A DNA stretch of 64,000 bases from Candidatus Bathyarchaeota archaeon (GCA_963697165.1 CAVOMX010000011.1:32001-96000), one strand, 5' to 3'. Shown: positions 9,995 to 21,226, counted from the first letter of the stretch. The notes: generated by a model not told the origin, from the letters alone. Numbers and translations are program-made.

Positions 9995-11158
9995 TTAGTT
10001 ACACATGTTTGAATAAACACAGCTCATAATAGCCGCAATAATGCTTCCGACGAAATCTCCTAAATTATCTACAGCTGCTAAACGGGTATCATCAAGTTTG
10101 AGGTTCTCTGACTGATTCTTGTTACATAAGCAATTGATTACGGCCGTTTCAAAGATTCCAATGATCATGTACTTGTCGAACATGTCTCTTGGAATCAAAC
10201 CCGCTTTTACATCATCGTCAAGTCTGAAACCTGCAATTACAAAGGGAGCCACTTTCGGATCAGACAATGCATGCTGTACTTCTTCTTTAAATTGATCAAA
10301 ATGTTCAGCAAGCTTGGGATGAGTACCCAAAAAGAGATTCATTGCGTGTTCAATGCAAATCTTTCTTTCTTTTAATCGTTTTGTTAAACATCTATCCGCA
10401 ACAACTTGTTGCTCGTTATAAAGAGTCTTCTTTAACGATTCTTTGACAGATTTGCCTACAAGTTCCCCCAACACCGTTGCGGTTCCTGCATATTTAATAG
10501 GTGTTCCCCGTTTTGTACATGCAACAACTACGCTGTCTGTTACTGTTCCGCTGGCGAGATCTCCAGAAAAGCAACTTCTGATATCTAGTTCTCTAAGGGC
10601 TACGGTCTTGGCTTCTATAACAGTTTTTAGTATGTCAACCATGCAGCTTTCCGTAAGATTTCCATCGATAAGCAAGATGATGTTAATTGTACCAACTGAA
10701 TCGATTTTGGAAGAGTTTGGTTTAGAAATGGTAAGTTCTCCTGCCGTGGCTGCAACTTCGACCCCCGCAGTCACGAAGGCGTTTAAGGTTATGTCTTGAT
10801 GTCTTTGATGTGAAACATCCACGTTTCGCACATCGGCATGTGTCATAATTCCCACGACCGCATCTTGGTCAATACCTAGTTTTACTAAAGCTCTTTTTAG
10901 AATGATTTCTGGGTTTTCATGAAGTTCTTTGTCAAGGTCTTCGTAGCTTCTGTCACAGTTCTCGTTATTATCTTCTGGCACATGAATGCTGATTATTTTG
11001 TTTGCTTTCCTGAAACCGCCATTATGGACGGCTGAGCTAAGCACCTCAAGAGGTCGTTCAGAGGATATAACCAGTTTGTGTTTGTCCACATCAGCTTTGA
11101 TGAAATCAATGGATGTTTGCAGTCTCATTTTCAGATACCTTCTCATAGGGTGTTGCAT
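9995..11158 (-). CDS. cbiZ: Adenosylcobinamide amidohydrolase CbiZ with C-terminal CobZ-like domain (CbiS-like fusion)
   Basis: LSSAVHNGG, GIMT, VTAGV, GTINIIL, EAK..AL, ASGTVTDS, YAG.AT.LG; C-terminal LKERKI..ALSDPKV..IAGFRLDDD..GLIP resembles archaeal CobZ; start may be the ATG at 11128. Confidence 0.85.
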   Translation of the reverse strand: MQHPMRRYLKMRLQTSIDFIKADVDKHKLVISSERPLEVLSSAVHNGGFRKANKIISIHVPEDNNENCDRSYEDLDKELHENPEIILKRALVKLGIDQDAVVGIMTHADVRNVDVSHQRHQDITLNAFVTAGVEVAATAGELTISKPNSSKIDSVGTINIILLIDGNLTESCMVDILKTVIEAKTVALRELDIRSCFSGDLASGTVTDSVVVACTKRGTPIKYAGTATVLGELVGKSVKESLKKTLYNEQQVVADRCLTKRLKERKICIEHAMNLFLGTHPKLAEHFDQFKEEVQHALSDPKVAPFVIAGFRLDDDVKAGLIPRDMFDKYMIIGIFETAVINCLCNKNQSENLKLDDTRLAAVDNLGDFVGSIIAAIMSCVYSNMCN

Positions 11159-11300
11159 ACCGAAATTTAAGTTATTCCAGAATATCAGATTTGAACCCTG
11201 AACGCGTGTAATGAATTGTTTATAATAAACCCAAAAAAACGAACAAGCATAGGTAAAAGCATATTTGTTGACAGGGCATAATGGAACACATGCACTAGAC

Positions 11301-12644
11301 CTAGAGATTTCTTCGTAAGACTGCTAAAAAGCCATCTCGCCTGATTTTTCTAAGTATACTCTTTGGTGACCTGTGGAAATCTCTGAGGAATTTTCTTTGA
11401 AGTTTTAGCAGCATGTTATAATCGAAATCGTCAGTCTTAACGTAAGCCACAAAATCTTCGAAACGATCGTAAAGACCATTCTTTATAACCTCGTCATACA
11501 AAACACTGCCCGGATACGCCACAAAAATGTTGAAATGGATCCAATCAGGATTCAGTTTCTTGGCAAAATTGAACGTGGCTTTCATGTCACTGACTGTTTC
11601 TCCGGGTATCCCCAACATTAAAGAACAGGAGATTTGGATTCCCTCTTCTCTACAAAGCTTAAACGCGTTAACCGTCTGCTCAAGAGAAACACCCTTATTG
11701 AGTTTCTTCAAAATATGAGGAGACCCTGATTCCACACCAAACCAGATAGTTCTGCATCCAGCAGCCCTCATTTCCTTCAACAAATCTCGCGAAACCAAAT
11801 CAGCTCGGGTATCGCAAATCCATTCAATGTCCAGTTCAGACTTTAAGAGTCTACAGAATTCGATTGTTCTCTTTTTGTTAATCGTGAAATTGTCTCCAAT
11901 AAAATAGATTCCTTGTGAACCATACTTGTTGACAAGATGATCAATCTCCTCTACAACACGAGAGGGACTAAAGGCGCGACACTTGGATCCCCATAATCCC
12001 TTAGTGTCACAAAAAGCACAATTGTATGGGCATCCCCGTATTACGTTCATTGTGTCCACGGGATTAGCATCCAAAAATTCCATCTTTCTCAAGTAAAGGT
12101 CCATCGGCAGTAAATGTCTAGCCGGAAAAGGAATCTGATCCAAGTCACTAATTAGAACCGGAGCATTTTTCGCTACTTTCCCATTATATCTGCAAGCGAC
12201 GCCCGGAATTTTGGAAATAACTGAATCGTCGTCACCTTTTGTAATGCTGTTTGCAAGCTCCACAATTGCACGTTCGCCTTCTCCCATAACCACATAATCT
12301 ATCTCTGGATGCTGCAACATGCTCTCAGGCAAGTATGAAGGATGCCAGCCGCCTACTACAACCGTGCAGGAAGGAAGCACCTCTTTAACTGCCTTAGCAG
12401 TTTCAATACAGCGCTGATAAGTTACTGAACCACAGGTTATGCCAACAATTTGTGGCGCAAGCCTTCTGACTTCACTTTTTATGTAATCTGTTGGCTTCTT
12501 AAGCATATAATTATCAATTATTTCTACCTGAAAATCAGCCTTTTCGAGAGCCGCAGCGACATAAGCTAGCCCCAGTGGAGGAAGTTTTCTACCAAAAATC
12601 CAAGGCGAATCTTCTGGCGGAGCTGTCGTCATCAACAAAATCAC
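11301..12644 (-). CDS. Cobalamin-binding radical SAM protein (#1)
   Basis: PPLGLAYVAA, GGWHPS, GEGE, PFPARHL, RGCPYNCAFC, GVESGS, GIPGET. Confidence 0.92.
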   Translation of the reverse strand: MILLMTTAPPEDSPWIFGRKLPPLGLAYVAAALEKADFQVEIIDNYMLKKPTDYIKSEVRRLAPQIVGITCGSVTYQRCIETAKAVKEVLPSCTVVVGGWHPSYLPESMLQHPEIDYVVMGEGERAIVELANSITKGDDDSVISKIPGVACRYNGKVAKNAPVLISDLDQIPFPARHLLPMDLYLRKMEFLDANPVDTMNVIRGCPYNCAFCDTKGLWGSKCRAFSPSRVVEEIDHLVNKYGSQGIYFIGDNFTINKKRTIEFCRLLKSELDIEWICDTRADLVSRDLLKEMRAAGCRTIWFGVESGSPHILKKLNKGVSLEQTVNAFKLCREEGIQISCSLMLGIPGETVSDMKATFNFAKKLNPDWIHFNIFVAYPGSVLYDEVIKNGLYDRFEDFVAYVKTDDFDYNMLLKLQRKFLRDFHRSPKSILRKIRRDGFLAVLRRNL

Positions 12645-12839
12645 TTGCAGTTCTTCTCCTTTTTCTATTCACAGCGTGTGATCTTAAATTATGCAGTGGG
12701 TAATTTATTTATGTATACCAGAAATTATACTTCCCTAAAACAACAAAACCAGCTTCTTTTGCTTGTGCATATGAAAAAACGGAAGCTTTTTAAAATTCTC
12801 ATCGTTAGTACACTTTCATCAAGTGACGGATTTGATAAA

Positions 12840-13997
12840 ATGTCCTGTTCTAGTCCTCCAGGAAAACAGAATGGTCCTCTGATGATAACTTCTTGGAGAG
12901 CTACAGGAGCTTGCAACCTTAATTGTTTATACTGTAATGTTAATGCAAACATGAAGCCATCCCCTGACGAATTAAATACAGAAGAAGCGCTAAATCTTGT
13001 TGACCAAGTTTACGAGTTTGGCTCCCAATGGTTCGGATTAAAAGGCGGAGAACCACTTGTACGAAAAGACGTTTTTGAAATTATTAGTTACGCGAGGAGC
13101 CGCGGGCTTAAGGTATGCCTATTAACCAACGGATACTTCGTGGATGGAGAAATTTACGACAACTTGGTCAAAAACGAAGTTTACACATCAATCAGTATAG
13201 ATGGTCCAGAAAAAGTGAATGATATCCTAAGAGGGAAAGGGGCATACAAAGCAGCTCTTTCAGCTATCAAAAAATTGTCAAAAGCGGGCATCCTAAACGG
13301 TTTATCGATGGCAGCCACAAGCATAAACTACAAAGAAGCAGAGCATATAGTCAATTTAGCTGAAGAGTACGGCGCAAGGTTTGTGTGGTTCAACCATCTG
13401 GTTCCATCTGGAAGAGCCCACGAAAACGTTCACTTAGAACCAACACCTGAACAGTATGAATGGTTCCTTAACAACGTATACGACTTGACCAAAAAAGAGT
13501 ACAAGCACGATTTTGGGTTCCACATACATTGCCCATTCTACGCCAGAATAGTTAAACAGAGAGATCCAGAAAACTTTTCGGATTGGTACGAGAACGAATT
13601 CACGGGCAAATGCATTTACTTCCTGTTTGGCGGATACCTAAGCGTGCTTGAGAACGGGGACGTAATACCCTGCTTCTATTCTGAAGGCCTAAAAATTGGA
13701 AACATTAAAGAAAAAACATTGACAGAACTCTGGGAAGAAGTTAAAAAATCAGGGTTTTATCCGCAACTACAAGACCCCAATAACCTGAAAGGAAAGTGTG
13801 GAGGCTGTGAATACCGTGACGTATGTGGTGGCGGATGTAGAAATAGAGCACACGCCCAAACAGGTGACTGGTTCGGTTCTGATTTAGCGTGCGGACATGT
13901 GCCTGAGGATAGACAAGAAAACTCTTTGCATACATGTATGCCAGCCACAAGTATAGCATGCGTCAAGAAGGAAAAAAGTAAAAATACACAAGATTAA
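12840..13997 (+). CDS. Radical SAM/SPASM protein (AhbD/NirJ-like) with Cys-containing C-terminal tail
   Basis: ATG 12840 chosen by alignment to paralogs (GPLMITSWRATGACNLNCLYC); GKC..NGDVIPC..KGKCGGCEYRDVCGGGCRNRA. Confidence 0.88.
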   Translation: MSCSSPPGKQNGPLMITSWRATGACNLNCLYCNVNANMKPSPDELNTEEALNLVDQVYEFGSQWFGLKGGEPLVRKDVFEIISYARSRGLKVCLLTNGYFVDGEIYDNLVKNEVYTSISIDGPEKVNDILRGKGAYKAALSAIKKLSKAGILNGLSMAATSINYKEAEHIVNLAEEYGARFVWFNHLVPSGRAHENVHLEPTPEQYEWFLNNVYDLTKKEYKHDFGFHIHCPFYARIVKQRDPENFSDWYENEFTGKCIYFLFGGYLSVLENGDVIPCFYSEGLKIGNIKEKTLTELWEEVKKSGFYPQLQDPNNLKGKCGGCEYRDVCGGGCRNRAHAQTGDWFGSDLACGHVPEDRQENSLHTCMPATSIACVKKEKSKNTQD

Positions 13998-14191
13998 ACA
14001 TCAAAAAATTGAAGCCATGATTTGCAGCACAATTCAGTCAAGTTTGTGGATTTGGGCTATTAGTGTGTTTGATTTAAGTAATGGCGCGACTGTTAGATAC
14101 ATAAAAGCGCCATTTTCTAAATTTGTCACCAATAGATACAAAACTTAGCAGGGGTGAACAGTTTATACAGCAAAGGCATCAGGAGTGACGT

Positions 14192-15769
14192 TTGATGGAT
14201 GCAGACTTGGTTTTAATTGATTGTAATGTTTTGACAATGAATCCAGCTCAGCCTCATGCAGAAGCAATAGCAATGAAAGAGGATAGAATTGTCAAGGTCG
14301 GCACAAAAGAAGAGATCAGCAGATGTGTTGGAAAAAACACAAAAATAATTGAACTAAAGGGATCAACGGTTGTTCCAGGATTAATAGACACTCATTTGCA
14401 TATTGCCGATTTTGGAAGGTTCTTAAAGTGGCTTGATTTGAATGGTGTCAAATCCATCAAAGAAATGCAGAAGGAAATCAAAAAGCGTGTACAGGAGACG
14501 CAGAAAGGAAAATGGATTTTAGGCAAGGGATGGAGCCAAACAAGTTTCGTTGAGAGCCGATATCCAAACAGTCAGGACTTGGATGAAGTCGCAGTAGACT
14601 ATCCAGTCATTCTTTATCACCAAAGTGGTTGTATGGGTGTCGTCAATAGCAAAGCACTAGAATTAGCGGGAATAACAAAGGAAACAAACGCTCCAGCAGG
14701 GGGAACAATAGAGCAGGACCCAGAAACAGGTGAGCCAACGGGTGTCTTGCGTGAGAACGCCATGAATTTGATATGGACGATCATTCCCGAGCCAGATGAA
14801 AAAGAGGTTTTAGATGCAACTAGACTAGCATGCGAAAAGGTTGTGCAAGCCGGAGTAACCAGCGTAAACTGGATTGTTTCATCATTGAGCGAGACTCAAA
14901 TAATTCAGAGACTTCGTGCAGAAAACAAGTTACCCATAAGAGTTTATATTATATTTCCAGCAAATATTTTGGATCAAATAACCGGTTTATGTTCACGTAC
15001 AGATCTTGACGATGATTGGGTACGGATTGGCGCAGTTAAAATTTTTGTTGATGGGTCTCTAGCTGCGCGAACGGCTTCTCTGAAGGAGCCATACAGCGAC
15101 GACATTACAGTAAAAGGAAGCCTGCTATACACGCAAGAGGAGATTAACACGTTAGTTGCCAAACTTCACAAAGCCAATTTTCGTCTAGTAATACATGCTA
15201 TGGGCGACCAGGCCATAGAAATGGTGGTAAATATCCTAGAAAAAACTTTGAAACAATCACCTAAAAAAAATCATCGTTATCGCATAGAGCACGCGTCAGT
15301 TCTCAACAAAGACTTGATTCAACGAATCAAGAAACTAGGAGTAAACGTGGCGATACAACCGTGCACCGTCATTTCCGAGTTTACGGCATGGTCAGCAATT
15401 GAACGTTTAGGAGCCAAAAGAGCCAGATGGCTGTATCCGCTTAAAACACTCATTAAAGAAGGCATACGGGTTAGCGGCGGATCGGACTGTCCAATGGAAC
15501 AGATAAGTCCCTTTGCAGGCATGCAAGCAGCAGTAACGAGGCAATTCTTTCCTGAGGAACAAATTACAGTTTACGACGCCTTACGTATGTACACTGTTAA
15601 CGCGGCATACGCATCCTTTGATGAGAACATCAAGGGATCAATTGAAGAAAACAAACTGGCAGACCTCACAGTTATTTCATGTGACCCACGAACAACTCCG
15701 CCGTACCAAATCGAAAATATTAAAGTGCAAATGACTATTGTGGGCGGAAAAATTGTTTACCAAAAATAG
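14192..15769 (+). CDS. Metal-dependent amidohydrolase (Amidohydro_3/YtcJ-like)
   Basis: PGLIDTHLH, KIFVDGSL..RTA, HAMGD, RIEHAS, GGSDCP, YTVNAAYA, KLADL. Confidence 0.9.
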   Translation: MMDADLVLIDCNVLTMNPAQPHAEAIAMKEDRIVKVGTKEEISRCVGKNTKIIELKGSTVVPGLIDTHLHIADFGRFLKWLDLNGVKSIKEMQKEIKKRVQETQKGKWILGKGWSQTSFVESRYPNSQDLDEVAVDYPVILYHQSGCMGVVNSKALELAGITKETNAPAGGTIEQDPETGEPTGVLRENAMNLIWTIIPEPDEKEVLDATRLACEKVVQAGVTSVNWIVSSLSETQIIQRLRAENKLPIRVYIIFPANILDQITGLCSRTDLDDDWVRIGAVKIFVDGSLAARTASLKEPYSDDITVKGSLLYTQEEINTLVAKLHKANFRLVIHAMGDQAIEMVVNILEKTLKQSPKKNHRYRIEHASVLNKDLIQRIKKLGVNVAIQPCTVISEFTAWSAIERLGAKRARWLYPLKTLIKEGIRVSGGSDCPMEQISPFAGMQAAVTRQFFPEEQITVYDALRMYTVNAAYASFDENIKGSIEENKLADLTVISCDPRTTPPYQIENIKVQMTIVGGKIVYQK

Positions 15770-15806
15770 TTTTCTGGAATTCTAAACTACATAGATTTGC
15801 ACTTGT

Positions 15807-16016
15807 TTGGCGGATTCAACAACATTTGATGTCGAAACATTTACCGCAGGTAACAGAAAAGCAATGTAGTATAAAGCAGCAAATACAATAGAAGAATAGT
15901 TTGTTCAAGGAAAAAATAAAGATGATAGTGACTTAAAACTAGAAATTGTAGAAAAAATAGTTGAACACATAACATGCCATATCAAGCAAACTTGGGAAGA
16001 ATTTGTTTCCACATAA
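15807..16016 (+). pseudogene. Possible decayed ORF with two in-frame TAG codons
   Basis: Single frame TTG..TAA: MADSTTFDVETFTAGNRKAM*YKAANTIEE*FVQGKNKDDSDLKLEIVEKIVEHITCHIKQTWEEFVST; TAG at 15867 and 15897. Confidence 0.25.
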
Positions 16017-16521
16017 AAAAGAAGATTATTATATCTATGAATATCGTCTTTCAGAACCATCGGAACACACTTAAACTTGTATGAAAACCTACTATCTTAA
16101 TACTTGATTTTCATGAATCTGGCGTTTTACTTTTTTGGAATGTAGTACGCTATTATGTAATTGTGACAAAATAACACCTGAGACTTGAGAGGAAAAGTAA
16201 GAGTGTTTATTCATAGAGCATGCAGAGAATATTACCCACTGGATTTAGGAATTCAACTCAAGAAACAGCTAAATAAACTTGACAAAACATCTCCTTTTAC
16301 ACTATTCTAAACACTAAATGAAAAGAATTCCCTTAAGGATTTGAAATAGCATAGTATTCTCTTGTCTCTCTTCTATAGTTAGACCAAGCTACCGTTAACA
16401 AAAGGATTCCACTGTTTGTACATACCAAATATAATTAAGACTTGTAGAATTTACTAAAGAAGAGGGGTTGTAAGCCTTAAAGAAATAAGGAAACTAAAGA
16501 GAGTTTGAGAGATTTTTAAGT

Positions 16522-16809
16522 TTATGATGGTCTCAAGTATATTTTTAGTTGGTTTTTTCTGACTTTGATTATCACACCTTTTTCTTTGCGACAAGCAGAT
16601 CCTTTTTGTAGTGCTGAAATGGCTAGTTTATTTCTAATGGTAGTGTTGGCACCTAGAATTTCTTTGGCAGCTTCTTTAGTTATTTCAACGTCGAGATGAG
16701 TTAATTTCCATTCTTCTGGATCAATAATAACACCTTTGATTTTTCCAAGCTTCATCTCTTCAACATATATTGGTGAACCAATAAGTTCTGGACTTTTTAT
16801 TCTAATCAC
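16522..16809 (-). CDS. PRC-barrel domain protein
   Basis: ELIGSPIY..LGKIKGVIIDPEEWKLTHLDV pattern, about 95 aa. Confidence 0.7.
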   Translation of the reverse strand: MIRIKSPELIGSPIYVEEMKLGKIKGVIIDPEEWKLTHLDVEITKEAAKEILGANTTIRNKLAISALQKGSACRKEKGVIIKVRKNQLKIYLRPS

Positions 16810-16922
16810 CCCCTATCGATAAATATGAGCTTCTTTCTCACACTTATTACTAGCATCATTCTCTGCTAAAGACCCTTTCCATTGTTGGATTGCCTTTTTT
16901 ATCTGACCAATAACAAAGACAT

Positions 16923-17026
16923 AAGACGAAAGTACCAACTAGAAAGTTTTAATATAGTCTCCTATCCTAGAGTCTGAGAAATGATTGTTAAGGTATCAAA
17001 ACAAGACGAGAAGTACCAGTAGTAAA
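16923..17026 (+). repeat. Imperfect direct repeat, 80-bp period, upstream of cbiB
   Basis: AAGACGAAAGTACCAACTAGAAA (16923-16945) vs AAGACGAGAAGTACCAGTAGTAAA (17003-17026). Confidence 0.55.
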
Positions 17027-17087
17027 CCATCATTTAACTAAAAATGATAAAAATATAAGTCTCAAGTTTCCCAGTGGCGTTGACCTG

Positions 17088-18074
17088 ATGATAAATGTTA
17101 CAGGATTGTTAATCACGCTTTGCGTTCTCGGCTTAGCCATAATCATAGACAGAATTATCGGAGATCCGCCGCCACCTCCATGGAAGTCACTATATTACAA
17201 AATTCATCCAACAGTCTGGATGGGCAGTTTAACAAATTCACTAAAGCCCCATTTCAAGAACTCTAACCCAAAAATCGAAAAAATAAACGGTGTTCTCTTA
17301 GCGCTTGTAGTAATAGCAGTTTTTACGTTACCAGTCTACTTTGGGTTAAAAACTATTTTCACCTCACTTCACGTTATCGTTTATGTTCTAGTTGCCGCTT
17401 TGATACTGAAACTAACTATCTGCATAAAACTGGAAACAGACTGGGGAAAAGCAGCAGCAAAAGCAATCGAATCTGGAGACCTGACAGAAGCCCGAAGGTA
17501 TGCTCACTTTTCGCGAAGAGACAACAAAAATTTGACGGGCCCACTAATAGTCTCTTCTGTTATCGAGTCAATAACCGAAAACCTGACAGATTTTAGACTC
17601 TCTCCCATAATCTATTACGGCTTTTTTGGTGTTCCAGGCGCCGTTGCGTTCAGAGCAATAAACACACTTGATGGAATGGTGGGATTTAGAGACCCTGAAA
17701 ACATCAAAATTGGATGGTTTTCTGCGAAGCTGGACACAGTAGTTAATTATATCCCATCGCGATTAACGGCAATACTGATAGTTCTTGCATCAGCCATTTT
17801 AGGAGAAGACTACAAGAATGCTTGGACAATCGCCCGTCGAGACCAAACCAAGGTTCCTAGTCTAAATCATGGATGGCAAATGGCAGCTATTGCAGGAGCC
17901 CTCAGAGTACAATTAGAAAAACCTGGACACTACATTATTGGCGACCCAACAGAGGAGCTGAATCCAAACAAAATAATACGAACATTAAGAATCCGAAACG
18001 TATCCTTGATACTATGCATACTGTTTATGATTCCAATATTTATACTAATGGACAACTATATATTCCCATTTTAG
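17088..18074 (+). CDS. cbiB: Adenosylcobinamide-phosphate synthase CbiB
   Basis: D.IIGDP, HPTVWMG, IESITENLTD, FRAINTLDGMVG, GWFSAKLDT.VNYIPSR, SLNHGW.MAA.AGAL.V.LEKPG.Y. Confidence 0.93.
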   Translation: MINVTGLLITLCVLGLAIIIDRIIGDPPPPPWKSLYYKIHPTVWMGSLTNSLKPHFKNSNPKIEKINGVLLALVVIAVFTLPVYFGLKTIFTSLHVIVYVLVAALILKLTICIKLETDWGKAAAKAIESGDLTEARRYAHFSRRDNKNLTGPLIVSSVIESITENLTDFRLSPIIYYGFFGVPGAVAFRAINTLDGMVGFRDPENIKIGWFSAKLDTVVNYIPSRLTAILIVLASAILGEDYKNAWTIARRDQTKVPSLNHGWQMAAIAGALRVQLEKPGHYIIGDPTEELNPNKIIRTLRIRNVSLILCILFMIPIFILMDNYIFPF

Positions 18075-18209
18075 ACGATATAATTGACTTTGATGCCTTT
18101 TCATTGGCTTATCGTTATTTTAACATATGTGAATACGATTATGCAAAACATATTAATCGCACGTAACTTCATCTTTGTGGCATAATAAACTTAGGGAAGA
18201 AACTTAAGG

Positions 18210-19588
18210 ATGAACGTAACTCTTGTGAATCCACCATACCCGAAGGGTGCACATCAGCATCCACCATTTACACCCTTAGGTTTAGGATATTTGGCTGCTG
18301 TTTTAGAAAAGAATCAACATCAAGTTGACGTTATAGATTGCCAAGCATCTAAACTTTCATACGAAGATTTTAAACGAGAAATCAGCAAACGCCAACCCAA
18401 CATGGTTGGATTAACATCCACCACTCTCACATACAAGTCAGCCTTGAAAGTAATAAAAATAGTTAAAGAAGTCCACCCAAGATGCTTAACCGTTCTTGGT
18501 GGCTGTCATGTTACGTTCTGGGACGATAAAGCACTGCAAGAATGCCCACAATTGGATTTAGTAGTAAGGAAAGAGGGCGAAAACACGATAGCAGAGATTG
18601 CAGAACGGTTCGAGGCAGGCAAGGACTTTCAGGATATTCTAGGAGTAACATACAGAAAGGGTGAAGAAATCTACGGAATCCAGATAGACCGTACATAGAA
18701 GACCTTGACAGCTTACCGTTTCCATCTCATCATCTTTGGCCTCTTGAGAACCTACGGAAATATGGAAACATAATATTCCCGTTAATGACAAGCCGAGGCT
18801 GCGTCTACTGGTGCGAATTCTGCTCAGCAGTCAGAATGTTCGGGAGAGGATACCGAATGCGGAGTGCAAAAAACGTCGTAGACGAAATCGAGTATCTTCA
18901 CAAAACATATGGCGCACAAAATTTCACATTTTATGATGATGCATTCACGGTAGACCAAGCAAGAGTCGAAGAAATATGCAAAGAAATCCATGAACGCAAA
19001 CTGAAGATAAAGTGGGATTGTGGAACTCGTGTTGACATGGTAACGAAGGATTTGCTTCAGAAAATGAAGGATGCGGGTTGTATTGCCGTATGGTTTGGCG
19101 TCGAGGCAGGATCACAGCAAGTTATAGATGCAATGGGAAAGGGTTTTACAGCAAATAGGACAAAAACGGCGTTTAAATTGGCGCAAGAAACGGGCCTAAT
19201 GACAATTGCAAGTGTAGTTTTGGGATTTCCAGGAGAAACCCGAGAAAGTGCATTGGAAACAATAAAATTTATTGAAGAAATCAACCCAGACGACGTAGGC
19301 TATTATATTGCTACTCCTTATCCAGGGACTCCTATGGCTGAGAATGTGAAGAAAATGGGTTGGCTAAGGGTAACTGACTTTGACAAATATGACACAGCGA
19401 CGCCCATCTTTGAGTTACCCACATTAAGTATGGAAGAAGTGAGAGAAATCCGCGAGAAGGCTTTCCACAGGTTTTATCTTCGTCCGACATACATTCTTCG
19501 CATGTTCGCCAAAGGTGGAACATACGGATTTTCAGCAACAAAAACAGCGCTTGCACATCTAATTAGAGCAATAAAGGCCAAATTCTAG
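18210..19588 (+). CDS. Cobalamin-binding radical SAM protein (#2), one base missing near 18671
   Basis: NPPYP..PLGLGYLAAVLE, GGCH; repaired linker RNPDRPYIEDLDSLPFP; TSRGCVYWCEFC, GVEAGS, GFPGET. Confidence 0.9.
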
Positions 19589-19839
19589 CACTTAATCAAA
19601 AGGTTATTCACAAATTGTTAGCGTTGCAGTTTCTATATTATGGACAGGCATCACCAAATTATCATTTTATTGAATGGTAATAGCATAAACTGAATTTTAA
19701 GATTGTACATTGGATAAATAGAGAAACAAACAAGGCTTCTGAAATCTTGAACACAAAAAGTATGATTCTACGACAGCATCAGATGAGGTAACGGTCTATT
19801 TACTTTCCCATGGAGACGTGAGTGGACACTTTGTTGCAG

Positions 19840-21226
19840 TTAAAACTTGGATTTAATGGCTTGAACAAGGTAAGATAAGGCTATTCGGGATACTGTAAAA
19901 CCGTACCTGCCTCTCTTAATGAACATACGAAGAATAAAGGTGGGACGAAGATAGAAACTTCGAAAAGCCTTTGCGTAAAGTTCCTCTAACTCTTTCGTGC
20001 TTAACATCGGAGTTTCAAAGACTGGAGTCTTGCAGTCATATTTGTCAAAGTCAGTTATTTTTAGCCAACCATTTTCTTTGACACGATCGTACAGGGGCGT
20101 TCCGGGGAGAGGCGTAGCTATGTTATAATAGGCCATATCATCAGGACTAATTTTCTGAGTAAACTTTATGGTTTTCAAAGCACTTTCCTTAGTCTCACCG
20201 GGGAAACCGAGAAGCACGTTCGGAGCAGGTGTTAGTCCAAGCTCTCTTACCCAACCAACTGCTCTAATCGTTTGCTCGGTGGAGATTCCCTTCTGCATTT
20301 CATCTAAAACATGCTGTGAACCTGACTCGACTCCAAACCACACTGAGACGCAACCGGCATCCCTCATTGTAATGAGCAACTCTTTTGTAACCATGTCCAC
20401 ACGGGTTCCACAGTTCCAGTTTATCTTCAAGCCCCTTTTCTTGATTTCATCACATAACTCTTCAGTTCTAGCTTTATCGACAGTGAATGCATCATCGCAG
20501 AACGTAAACTGGGTCGCACAATAAGTCTTGTGTAGATATTCAATCTCATCCACGACATTCTTGATGCTTCTCATCCGATATCTTCGACCAAACATTCTGA
20601 CCGCAGCACAGAATTCGCACCAGTAGATGCAGCCTCGGGTAGTCGTTAAATAAAACACATCCTCGACTTTCCGAAGTTCCTCAAGAGGCCAGAGATGACG
20701 GGCAGGAAACGGTAAGCTGTCAAGGTCTTCTATGTAAGGGACGATCTGGGTTTTTCACAATTTTTCCGTCTTTTCTAACGGTTGTACCTAACAGATCATG
20801 AATGCTTTTTCCCGCTTCTAATCGTTGTACTAGCTCCAGAAATGTGGTTTCGCCCTCTTTCCTTACAATCATGTCCAGTTGTGGACATTCATTTAGAGCC
20901 TCCTCATCCCAGAAGGTGGCATGTGAGCCCCCAAGAACTGTTAAACAGTCAGGGCAGACTTCTTTAGTGATTCTTGCTATCTGTAAAGCGGAGTTATACA
21001 AGCGTGTGGTCGAGGTTATTCCGACGATGTTGGGTTGTCGCTTGCTGAGTTCGCGTTTAAAATCGTCATATGAAAGGTTGGATGCTTGGCAATCAATAAC
21101 ATCAACGTCATATTGATTCTTTTCTAAAACAGCAGCCAAATACCCTAAACCTAACGGTGGAAATGGAGTATGCTGGTAGGGTTGAGTTGGGTATGGCGGA
21201 TTCACAAGAGTTACATGTGGTCGCAT
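19840..21226 (-). CDS. Cobalamin-binding radical SAM protein (#3), one extra base near 20738
   Basis: NPPYP..PLGLGYLAAVLE, GGSH; repaired linker KNPDRPYIEDLDSLPFPA; TTRGCIYWCEFC, GVESGS. Confidence 0.9.

Noticed and set aside
12645..12839. 65-aa N-terminal extension of the SPASM ORF in the ORF track
   Set aside because: AT-rich divergent promoter region; paralog alignment supports ATG 12840
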